DNA from: an uncultured Candidatus Cloacimonadota bacterium | Lineage (GTDB): Bacteria > Cloacimonadota > Cloacimonadia > Cloacimonadales > JAJBBL01 | Assembly: GCA_964490765.1 (NCBI GenBank) | Contig: CAZBDV010000004.1 | Coordinates: 17,439 to 81,438, forward strand | DNA length: 64,000 nt | Direction: 5' to 3' | In this document: one piece after another, positions 9,182-19,669 of the stretch | How positions within the stretch are numbered: the stretch's first letter is position 1 | Layout: each line of letters opens with the position of its first letter | The notes under the pieces: generated by a model | Told to the model about the DNA's origin: nothing | The model's database searches: none | What the model saw: only the letters and a program-made list of their open reading frames with translations | Translations under genes and position numbers: made by a program

Positions 9182-10516
9182 ATGTATAAGACATATTTTT
9201 TGCATAATTTTCGAGATATTGATCAGATCAGGAAACTACCTGATGATATAATAAATCATATAGAAACGGTTGGACATGTACTCCCGTTCAAAGTTAATAA
9301 TTACGTTATCAATGAGTTGATTGATTGGGATAATGTTCCCGATGATCCGATCTTTACCCTGACATTTCCTCGCAAGGAGATGCTATTATCCGAGCACTAT
9401 GACAAAGTAGATACAATGATCAGGAAGGGAGTGTCGAAGGAGGAACTCAACCAGGGTATCAGAGAGATACGAGAAGAGCTCAATCCTCACCCGGCTGGTC
9501 AAATGGACTTTAATGTACCGGTACTCGGAAAAGAAAAACTGTATGGTGTTCAGCATAAATATAGAGAAACTGCGCTTTTCTTCCCCAGCGAGGGGCAGAC
9601 CTGTCACTCCTACTGCACATTCTGTTTCCGTTGGCCTCAGTTTGTAGGATGGAAAAATCTACGCTTTGCTACCCGGGAAGCAGAAAAACTGGCCACTTAT
9701 CTCAGGCAGCATAAGGAGGTCAGTGATATTCTCTTTACTGGTGGTGATCCCATGGTTATGAAGGCAGACTATCTTAATACCTATGTTGAAAAGTTACTGA
9801 CACCGGAACATGAACATCTGACCAATTTCAGGATCGGAACAAAATCTCTCACCTACTGGCCTTACCGATTTCTTAGCGATCCTGACAGTGATGACCTGCT
9901 CAGGATTCTGGAAAAGATAGTGAAAGCCGGTAAGCATCTGGCCTTTATGGTGCACTTTAATCACTATCGTGAAATGGAAACTGAAGTGGTTGAAAAGGCA
10001 ATGGCCAGGTTGAGAGATATAGGGGTCGTTTTCCGATCTCAATCACCGATACTGCGACACATAAATGCTGATGCCGAGGTATGGGTAAGAATGTGGCAAA
10101 AACAGGTCAACCTGGGTATCATTCCTTATTATATGTTTGTCGTGAGGGATACGGGAGCGCAACACTATTTTGGTGTTCCGCTTCTAGAGTGCTGGAAAAT
10201 TTTCAGAGATGCCTACAGCCGTGTCAGTGGGCTTGCTCGTACGGTAAGAGGTCCGAGTATGTCCTGTATCCCTGGTAAGGTTCAGATATTGGGTGAAGCG
10301 GAGATTAGCGGAGAGAAAGTCATAGTAATGCGTATGCTACAGGGAAGGAACCCGGATTGGGTTCACAGGCCGTTCTTTGCAAAATATGATGAGAAGGTTA
10401 CCTGGATAGACCGAATGAAGCCTGCGTTTGGTGAAGAGAAATTCTTCTTCGAGGATGAACTGGAAAAAATCTACAGACAGAAGATTGAGGACGACGGGTC
10501 AGATAGTTACGAATAG
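9182..10516 (+). CDS. KamA-family radical SAM protein (lysine 2,3-aminomutase-like, divergent)
   Basis: CHSYCTFCFRW (CxxxCxxC), FTGGDPMVM, and an overall length and layout like aminomutases of the KamA/EpmB family. AGAGGAG RBS. No kamDE or other lysine-fermentation genes adjacent. Confidence 0.75.
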   Translation: MYKTYFLHNFRDIDQIRKLPDDIINHIETVGHVLPFKVNNYVINELIDWDNVPDDPIFTLTFPRKEMLLSEHYDKVDTMIRKGVSKEELNQGIREIREELNPHPAGQMDFNVPVLGKEKLYGVQHKYRETALFFPSEGQTCHSYCTFCFRWPQFVGWKNLRFATREAEKLATYLRQHKEVSDILFTGGDPMVMKADYLNTYVEKLLTPEHEHLTNFRIGTKSLTYWPYRFLSDPDSDDLLRILEKIVKAGKHLAFMVHFNHYREMETEVVEKAMARLRDIGVVFRSQSPILRHINADAEVWVRMWQKQVNLGIIPYYMFVVRDTGAQHYFGVPLLECWKIFRDAYSRVSGLARTVRGPSMSCIPGKVQILGEAEISGEKVIVMRMLQGRNPDWVHRPFFAKYDEKVTWIDRMKPAFGEEKFFFEDELEKIYRQKIEDDGSDSYE

Positions 10517-10521
10517 AGTTA

Positions 10522-11163
10522 CTATCTTCTGAGAAACAGGATCTCTTCTCCCTTGAAAAGAATGATGCTTCTGCTGTTTCTTGACGGGAGTCTCCGGAAG
10601 AATATATAACCCGATTTTCTTGCTCCGGGGAAAATCTCTCCGTAATGAAAAGCATCATGCATCAAATTGGCGCGAGCAGTCATCCTATCTCCAGTGATAG
10701 GTTCGAAGCTATCGGGGAATGGCCTGTACTTATCCCGCATGAAATCATTATAAAAAATTATATCAGCAACCTCTGCCACTGTCATTGCCTCATACTGGTT
10801 CATCTCCTCATCAAGTAGATAGATATCTCCAGGCAGTATGGTGACCGGATGCTCTGAGGTATTTCTGATTACCAGATGAAAGGTAGTAAAGAAATCGGAG
10901 ATATTCTGCGGGTCTCTTGTCCAGAATCTCGGACTTATGGCAAAAGCGATATCTTCTGTTTCCAGTATAGCGTATTTATCGATTACAGTAATCCTATCTC
11001 CCGGCTGCGGGTAGTATCTGGTAGTACAACCTGTAAATAGCAGTGAGAAGAGAGCAATAATGAACATTATCAACAGAATGATAACAGAAGAGTAGAATCT
11101 TCTGTTACCATCTGTCAATATGTTCTGTTTCTCATCAAATGAGCCGGTATTATGTTTTATCAT
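10522..11163 (-). CDS. hypothetical lipoprotein
   Basis: 213-aa ORF with a hydrophobic segment ending in LFTGC (lipobox). It overlaps the gyrA stop by 14 nt. No recognisable catalytic motif. Confidence 0.55.
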   Translation of the reverse strand: MIKHNTGSFDEKQNILTDGNRRFYSSVIILLIMFIIALFSLLFTGCTTRYYPQPGDRITVIDKYAILETEDIAFAISPRFWTRDPQNISDFFTTFHLVIRNTSEHPVTILPGDIYLLDEEMNQYEAMTVAEVADIIFYNDFMRDKYRPFPDSFEPITGDRMTARANLMHDAFHYGEIFPGARKSGYIFFRRLPSRNSRSIILFKGEEILFLRR

Positions 11164-13750
11164 TCTTGTTATTATTATTGAATTCGAGTGTTACCTGTTG
11201 CTCGTTTGTTTCCTTGTTATCCTGCTTCTTCCCGGTTGTTTCTTTCCTTTCTTCAGCAGGTTTTTTCTCCTTTCCCTGAGTGGGTTGTTTCTCTGCTTCT
11301 ATCGTACTGTCATCAGCATTGACCTCTTTATCAGAGACGATGCACGCTACGTCAAACACCTTATCATTCTTCTTCAGGGAAACAAGTCTAACCCCCTGGG
11401 TGTTACGACCGATAACCTTCATCTCTTTGACAGAGTGTCGTAGAATCATCCCTTCTCTCGTTACGATCATCAAATCGTCAGAGTCGATAACTTCCAGCAG
11501 ACTTACCAGATAACCGTTTCTCGCTGATGTTTTGATAGTAATTACACCTTTAGTCCCACGATTCTTTGTCGGGTAGGAGTCCGAACCGGTTCTTTTACCG
11601 TAACCATTTTCACAGATAGCCAGTAGGGTACCCTGTCGTTTGAGGACTACCATAGAAACTACATAATCATCCTCTCTCAGTCTGATACCCCTAACACCTT
11701 TGGAGTTTCTACTGACTGTTCTGACCTTTGATTCATTGAAGCGATTGGCGTAACCGTTCCTGGTTGCAAGGATAATGTCGTTTACACCTTCGGTAATCTG
11801 AGCATCTATCAGCTCATCACCTTCAGATAATTTGATGGCGATGATACCGGTAGAACGTGGTCGTGAATAGGCTTCAAGGGCAGTTTTCTTAATGGTGCCC
11901 TGCCTGGTGACCATTGTCAGATAATGTGGCTGCTGGAAATCACGGACAATTACATGAGCTTTCAGGCTATCACCCTTTACCATAGGGATAAGGTTCACTA
12001 TTGCCTTACCTCTTGCCAGACGTCCTACCATCGGTATTTGATAGACTTTCAGCCAATAACATTTGCCGAAGTTAGTGAAGAAAAGGATATAAGCATGAGT
12101 AGAGGCAACGAATATCTTCTCTACGAAATCATTATCCTTCATATTGGCACCAGAAAGTCCCTTGCCACCACGTCTTTGTTGTCTGTAGGTATCTATCGGT
12201 AATCTCTTTATATAACCTTCATGGGAAATAGTTACGACCATCTCTTCATCGGCAATAAGATCCTCGGTTTCCAGATCAGTTACATGATCGATAATCGTGG
12301 AACGGCGTTCATCTGCATATTTTTTCTTTATCTCTTTGACTTCGTCCTTGATGATCTTCATTCTCAAAGGCTCGTGTTCCAGAATCTCTTTCAGTCGCTT
12401 AACAGTCTTCAGTATCTCGTTGTACTCATCTTCGATCTTCTCTCTCTCTAGGCCGGTCAGTTTCTGTAATCTCATATCCAGAATCGCCTTAGCCTGTATC
12501 TCGGTCAGTTTGAAGTCTGTCTGTAGTCTTTCACTCGCTTCCTGCGTATTATTAGATGATTTTATAGTCTTGATTATCTCATCGATATTCTGCAGTGCAA
12601 TTCTCAGACCTTCCAGTATGTGTAATCGTTTCTCTGCATTATCGAGTTCATGCTTAGTACGGCGAATAACTACCTCATGACGGAAGTTGATATACTGCTT
12701 TATCAATTCGGCGATATTGAGTACTCTGGGAATTCCGTCTACGAGAGTAAGATTGATAACTCCGAAAGACTCCTGAAGCTGAGAATATTTATACAGCTGG
12801 TTCAAAACGATCTGGGCATCTTCGTTTCTCTTGACTTCAATTACCAGACGCATTCCATCTCTTCCAGACTCGTCACGTATATCGCTTATCCCTTCGATCT
12901 TCTTATCTTTGACCAGATTAACTATCCTCTCGATCATGAGTGTTTTGTTTACCTGATAGGGTATCTCTGATATTATGATCGATTCACCACCTGAAGATTT
13001 CTTCTCCACATCAGCTTTACCTCGAATCCTGATCTTTCCATAACCTGTCTGGAAATAACTAATTATTCCGGCTCTACCGAGTATATAGCCTCCCGTCGGG
13101 AAGTCGGGACCTTTAATAAAATCCATTAATTCCAGCGGAGTCAAATCATTATTGTCTATCATGGCTATTATACCATCACAAATCTCTCCGATATTATGCG
13201 GTGGCATATTGGTAGCCATACCGACAGCGATACCGGAGCAACCATTGACTAACAAGTTGGGAATTCGGGTGGGAAATATAACCGGTTCTTCTCTTGTCTC
13301 ATCATAGTTGGGGCGGAAATCGACAGTATCTTTATCCAAATCGGTCATCAAGTCGATAGCAATTTTCTCTAATTTTGCTTCTGTATATCGCATTGCTGCT
13401 GGTGGATCTCCATCTATCGAACCAAAATTACCCTGTCCATTGATTACAGGATATCTCATATTCCAGGGTTGCGCAAGGCGCACAAGAGTAGGGTAAATAA
13501 CCTGCTCACCGTGAGGGTGGTAATTACCTGATGTATCACCTGCTATCTTGGCACATTTCCTGAATCCTTTATCAGGAGTGAGGTTGAGCTCATTCATAGC
13601 ATAGAGGATACGTCTTTGAGAAGGTTTCAGCCCATCACGAACATCAGGAAGAGCTCTTGATACAATAACACTCATCGAGTATTCCAAGTATGCATTTTTC
13701 AGCTGGTCTTCAATCTCTATGTCAATAATTCTTGATCTGTCAACAGTCAT
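11150..13750 (-). CDS. gyrA: DNA gyrase subunit A
   Basis: 866 aa. N-terminal SVIVSRALPDVRDGLKPSQRRILY, AAMRYTE active-site Tyr region, and C-terminal beta-pinwheel repeats. Carries an unusual ~60-aa K/E/N-rich tail. Confidence 0.97.
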   Translation of the reverse strand: MTVDRSRIIDIEIEDQLKNAYLEYSMSVIVSRALPDVRDGLKPSQRRILYAMNELNLTPDKGFRKCAKIAGDTSGNYHPHGEQVIYPTLVRLAQPWNMRYPVINGQGNFGSIDGDPPAAMRYTEAKLEKIAIDLMTDLDKDTVDFRPNYDETREEPVIFPTRIPNLLVNGCSGIAVGMATNMPPHNIGEICDGIIAMIDNNDLTPLELMDFIKGPDFPTGGYILGRAGIISYFQTGYGKIRIRGKADVEKKSSGGESIIISEIPYQVNKTLMIERIVNLVKDKKIEGISDIRDESGRDGMRLVIEVKRNEDAQIVLNQLYKYSQLQESFGVINLTLVDGIPRVLNIAELIKQYINFRHEVVIRRTKHELDNAEKRLHILEGLRIALQNIDEIIKTIKSSNNTQEASERLQTDFKLTEIQAKAILDMRLQKLTGLEREKIEDEYNEILKTVKRLKEILEHEPLRMKIIKDEVKEIKKKYADERRSTIIDHVTDLETEDLIADEEMVVTISHEGYIKRLPIDTYRQQRRGGKGLSGANMKDNDFVEKIFVASTHAYILFFTNFGKCYWLKVYQIPMVGRLARGKAIVNLIPMVKGDSLKAHVIVRDFQQPHYLTMVTRQGTIKKTALEAYSRPRSTGIIAIKLSEGDELIDAQITEGVNDIILATRNGYANRFNESKVRTVSRNSKGVRGIRLREDDYVVSMVVLKRQGTLLAICENGYGKRTGSDSYPTKNRGTKGVITIKTSARNGYLVSLLEVIDSDDLMIVTREGMILRHSVKEMKVIGRNTQGVRLVSLKKNDKVFDVACIVSDKEVNADDSTIEAEKQPTQGKEKKPAEERKETTGKKQDNKETNEQQVTLEFNNNNKNDKT

Positions 13751-13790
13751 TAAGCCTCCAATTTATTCTCATTTCCTTTTTCCCGGTTTT

Positions 13791-15728
<1,938 letters not shown>

Positions 15729-15739
15729 TTAGTAACATA

Positions 15740-16321
15740 CTATTCATCAATTCCCTCCAGAATATCGCGATAGCGATCTCGCCGTTGAGATGCATCTGGT
15801 AAGTCACCCAGGCTGACGATGATATCGATCTTACTACCCCGGGGAACAAATTCGTCGGCAATAGGCTGAGAATACATTATCCTGTCTCTGGCAACTTCAT
15901 GGGAGTATCTATATATCTTCTCCCCGAGTTGAAGTCCAATATTCTCCAGCCTGATCTTGGCTTCTAATTCGGTGATATTTTCGAGATATGGTACCCTAAC
16001 AAGCTCCGGTCCTTTACTTACAACAACCTCTACTGTCCGGTTGATCTTGGTTGTCTTATCAGCTTCAGGTGATTGGGAAATAATACTGTTCTGCGGGATA
16101 TCATCATCATGACGCATATCGACCTGCTGAACATAAAGATCCAGTTCCATACAGGTCTTGCGTGCTACGTCAAAAGGTTGTCCAACAATATCAGGGACGG
16201 TAACCTCATTACCGGTCCCTACCACCAGAGTCAGTAGTATATTCACACCGAAGAAACCGACGATAAAGAGTAATATCAATATTCCAATAGCGGCCAGCAA
16301 TGCCTTTATCTTGACCATCAT
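15740..16321 (-). CDS. membrane-anchored PASTA-repeat protein (no kinase or transpeptidase domain)
   Basis: N-terminal TM helix, then repeats of the PASTA pattern (VPDIVGQPFDVARKTCMELDL..., VPYLENITELEAKIRLENIGL...). 193 aa in total. Confidence 0.65.
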   Translation of the reverse strand: MMVKIKALLAAIGILILLFIVGFFGVNILLTLVVGTGNEVTVPDIVGQPFDVARKTCMELDLYVQQVDMRHDDDIPQNSIISQSPEADKTTKINRTVEVVVSKGPELVRVPYLENITELEAKIRLENIGLQLGEKIYRYSHEVARDRIMYSQPIADEFVPRGSKIDIIVSLGDLPDASQRRDRYRDILEGIDE

Positions 16322-16324
16322 ACT

Positions 16325-17644
16325 TTAGTTCTTCCCCCTTTTATGCATTTTAGCTGCAAAGACACCGTCTATCTTATCACGATGCGGAAGTGTCTTTAAG
16401 AAACCGTTCTGCAAGAATTTTTGCGAAATGATCTGCGGGTTTTTTATTAACTCAAAGTTCTTGTTCTTGCTCAAAAAACGTTCCACCTGCTCTTCATTCT
16501 CTGCTATATTCATTGTACAGGTGCTGTATACCAGATAACCACCTTCTTTAACAAACTGAGCTCCGTTATCGAGAGCGTTTTCCTGCAGCTTGAGGAGTGA
16601 TTTCATATCCTGATTGAACTGCCAGCGTAGTTCGGCCTTCTTCTGTAAGACTCCCCATCCGGAACAGGGGACGTCAAGAATCACCCTGTCGTATGCTGGA
16701 GCTCTCGGACCGAATTTCAGGGCATCTTCAGTGACTATGATCATATTGTTGACCTGTAGTCTGTGAACTGCCTTTTTTATCTTTTTGCTTTTCTGTGGGA
16801 ATTTATCAACCGCTACTACTTCACCGGTGTTATTCATCAACTCCGAGATATAGGTACACTTCCCGCCAGGTCCTGCGAACAGGTCGAGGATATTTTCATC
16901 TTCCTGCGGATCAAGTAACTCAACGATCATTGCTGATGAGGGGTCTTGTATGGAGAAATACCCCTCTTCAAACGATACATCGTTGAGTATACCCTGTCCA
17001 TATTCTGTCAGGAATGTATTTGGTGAAGCTCCTGATTCTTCCAGATTCCAACCCTTGCGGGCAAAGTACTTCTTGAAGCGCTCTCTGTTGGTAGCCATTA
17101 CATTGATTCGTAATGCGAGTTTAGGATTGCGGTTGAAGTAGATACAGAGCTCTTCAGTCTCCTCTTCTCCCCAGTATTCCAGCCATTTGTTGATCAATTC
17201 GAGGGGAAAGGAATACTTTAGTGACAATCTCTGTGCAATCTCTCCAGGATATTCTATCTCTGGTTGTCTGAGATAATTTCTGAGCAGGGCGTTTATGAAG
17301 TCGGCTACTCTTGAGTCAAACAGGTTTTTGGCCAGTTCTACAGTTTCATCTACTGCTGAATGGTCTGGCACAGAGCCGCAGTAGATAATTTGATACAGTC
17401 CGAGATAGAGCAAGCTCTTGATCTTCAAGTTGGTATGCTGATATTTCTCTCTATCGGTCAGTGTAGAAGCGAGATAATCAAGATTATGATGCATCTTGAT
17501 TGTTCCCTTGACAAGATAAAAGAGAAAATTCCTGTCCTGGTCGTTCAGTTTTTTTACTTTCTGCTCCAGTAGCCTGTCGGAATGATGATGATCCTTCAGA
17601 ACTTTGTAAATGATATTGTATGCTTCTCTTCTTAATAAATCCAC
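16325..17644 (-). CDS. rsmB: 16S rRNA (cytosine-C5)-methyltransferase RsmB/Sun
   Basis: NusB-like N-terminal domain, SAM site LDLFAGPGGK, and catalytic motifs DVPCSG and YSTCT. Confidence 0.85.
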   Translation of the reverse strand: MDLLRREAYNIIYKVLKDHHHSDRLLEQKVKKLNDQDRNFLFYLVKGTIKMHHNLDYLASTLTDREKYQHTNLKIKSLLYLGLYQIIYCGSVPDHSAVDETVELAKNLFDSRVADFINALLRNYLRQPEIEYPGEIAQRLSLKYSFPLELINKWLEYWGEEETEELCIYFNRNPKLALRINVMATNRERFKKYFARKGWNLEESGASPNTFLTEYGQGILNDVSFEEGYFSIQDPSSAMIVELLDPQEDENILDLFAGPGGKCTYISELMNNTGEVVAVDKFPQKSKKIKKAVHRLQVNNMIIVTEDALKFGPRAPAYDRVILDVPCSGWGVLQKKAELRWQFNQDMKSLLKLQENALDNGAQFVKEGGYLVYSTCTMNIAENEEQVERFLSKNKNFELIKNPQIISQKFLQNGFLKTLPHRDKIDGVFAAKMHKRGKN

Positions 17645-17646
17645 TA

Positions 17647-18273
17647 TTATCTCTGTTTTTTGCCTGTATAACGGTTTTTATATATATGTTGAATTGCCAT
17701 TTTGATTAATTTCTCGGAAGAGTTAATTTCTTTTTCCTCTTTGATCAGTTCGTCAAGGGCAAAGCCAATATCGGGCTGCTTGTATCCGAGAGTTATCAGG
17801 GCTGTTTCTGCTTCTGAGATTAGTCTGTCTATTCCCGAAACCGAACTTTCTGCTAAAGAGAGAGCAGTAAGTGAGCCGAGTTTATCTTTTAATTCCAGAA
17901 TAAGACGTTGCGCGGTTTTCTTACCCAATCCGGGGACTATTGTCAGTGCTTTGTCATTCTCTGTTCTGACAGATTTAACGAAACTGGCTACAGTTAATGC
18001 CGAAAGGACTGATAGAGCTATCTTGGGGCCTATTCCACTGATAGAAATTAGCAGTCGGAAGAGCTCTCTTTCTTCCGGAGAATGAAATCCGTAAAGTTTC
18101 ATATCGTCTTCGCTTACTACAAGATGGATAAGAAGCCTCGATTCCTTCTCGAGAGGGCCGAGTTTCTCGTATGTACTGAGCGGAATATGGATTTCATAAC
18201 CAATGCCCCCAGAGTCAATGACTACGGTCATTGGGTTTTTTTCGACCAGCTTACCTTTTATGTATGAGAACAT
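17647..18273 (-). CDS. ruvA: Holliday junction branch-migration complex subunit RuvA
   Basis: MFSYIKGKL...GIGYEI start, and HhH motifs ISGIGPKIALSVLS and VPGLGKKTAQRLILEL. Confidence 0.9.
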   Translation of the reverse strand: MFSYIKGKLVEKNPMTVVIDSGGIGYEIHIPLSTYEKLGPLEKESRLLIHLVVSEDDMKLYGFHSPEERELFRLLISISGIGPKIALSVLSALTVASFVKSVRTENDKALTIVPGLGKKTAQRLILELKDKLGSLTALSLAESSVSGIDRLISEAETALITLGYKQPDIGFALDELIKEEKEINSSEKLIKMAIQHIYKNRYTGKKQR

Positions 18274-18275
18274 CT

Positions 18276-18755
18276 CTAATTCCTGAATCTCTCGTTATTA
18301 TAGAGTGCATAGGCTACTGCCAGAGCATCTGCCGCATCTGTTACCAGATTATCAATCTTAACATTCAGCAGTTTGGGTAACATATACTGAACCTGTTGTT
18401 TAGAGGCATTACCGTTACCAGTTACAGCCTTTTTCACCGCCCTGGGAGAGTATTCCTGCAGAGGAACCTTCTCCTGAGCAACTGCCAGTAGTATTGCTCC
18501 CCTTACATGACCCAACGTCAAGGCTGATTGGAAGTTCTGACCATAAAAGATCGTCTCGATACCGATTCTGTCCGGTTTGTTATCCTTTATTACTTCCTTA
18601 ATCCTGTTGTAGATGATCTCTATCCTGTCGGCCAGGGTAGAAGCAGGGTTCAGCTTTATCACGTCATAACCGACAGCTACAATCTTCCGCTTCTCTGTCT
18701 CTAATAACCCATAACCACAGATCCGGCTACCGGGGTCAATACCCAAGAATATCAA
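18276..18755 (-). CDS. ruvC: crossover junction endodeoxyribonuclease RuvC
   Basis: LGIDPGSRICGYG start, and a C-terminal TDAADALAVA motif. Confidence 0.9.
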   Translation of the reverse strand: MIFLGIDPGSRICGYGLLETEKRKIVAVGYDVIKLNPASTLADRIEIIYNRIKEVIKDNKPDRIGIETIFYGQNFQSALTLGHVRGAILLAVAQEKVPLQEYSPRAVKKAVTGNGNASKQQVQYMLPKLLNVKIDNLVTDAADALAVAYALYNNERFRN

Positions 18756-18803
18756 TCTTCTCTATTCCTTGACCTATCTAGAAGGGGTCTTTATAAATTA
18801 TCA

Positions 18804-19550
18804 CTATTCGTTAGCCAATTTTTCCAGTATCGAATCTGAAATCTTATAATTGGCAAATACTTTCTGGACATCATCAAGATCTTCCAGCTTATCGATCAGT
18901 TTGAGTAGTTTCTCTGCTACATCATCTGCTTCTACTGTATTAGTCGGAAGGCGGGTCAACTCGACAGTTTTGACCTGAAATCCGTTCTTCTCCAGGTATC
19001 CAGAAACTGTATGCAGATCTGTCGGGCTGGTATAAATAGATAGTATTCCATCAGCAAATTCGGCATCTTCAGCGCCGGCATCAAGAGCGGCCATGATGGC
19101 ATCATCTTCTGTCATCTCAGGCGCTTCTACCTCGATATACCCCTTCTGTTGGAATACCCAGGATACAGCTCCGCTCTCAGCCATTGTGCCACCATACTTG
19201 GAAAATGTATGCCGGACTTCTGCCACTGTTCGCTTTTTGTTGTCGGTCATCACTTCGACCAATATTGCTACTCCATTGTGTCCATACCCTTCGTAGGTGT
19301 ATTCTTCGTAAGTAACACCCTCTATTTCACCCGTACCTCGTTTTATTGCCTTTTCTATATTGGCATTGGGCATATTAACACCCCTGGCTGCTGAAACTGC
19401 TGCTCTTAAACGGGGATTGGTATTGATATCACCTCCACTTCTGGCAGCGGTAATGATCTCTCTCGTATAACGGGTGAAGAGTTTACCACGCTTGGCATCG
19501 GCTGCACTCTTCTTATGCTTTATCGTGCTCCATTTATTATGTCCTGACAT
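18804..19550 (-). CDS. yebC: YebC/PmpR-family DNA-binding regulator
   Basis: MSGHNKWSTIKHKK...GKLFT start is diagnostic. 248 aa, in the conserved position upstream of ruvC. Confidence 0.9.
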   Translation of the reverse strand: MSGHNKWSTIKHKKSAADAKRGKLFTRYTREIITAARSGGDINTNPRLRAAVSAARGVNMPNANIEKAIKRGTGEIEGVTYEEYTYEGYGHNGVAILVEVMTDNKKRTVAEVRHTFSKYGGTMAESGAVSWVFQQKGYIEVEAPEMTEDDAIMAALDAGAEDAEFADGILSIYTSPTDLHTVSGYLEKNGFQVKTVELTRLPTNTVEADDVAEKLLKLIDKLEDLDDVQKVFANYKISDSILEKLANE

Positions 19551-19669
19551 ATTCTCCTGGTCTCCTTACTGATCAATGCTCGATTTTCCTGTTCCAGCGA
19601 AACTTTCCCAATGATCAGGAGTGTTAAAGTTCCTCTGGTCTAACCTCGCCTCTGAACAAACATCGTTTA

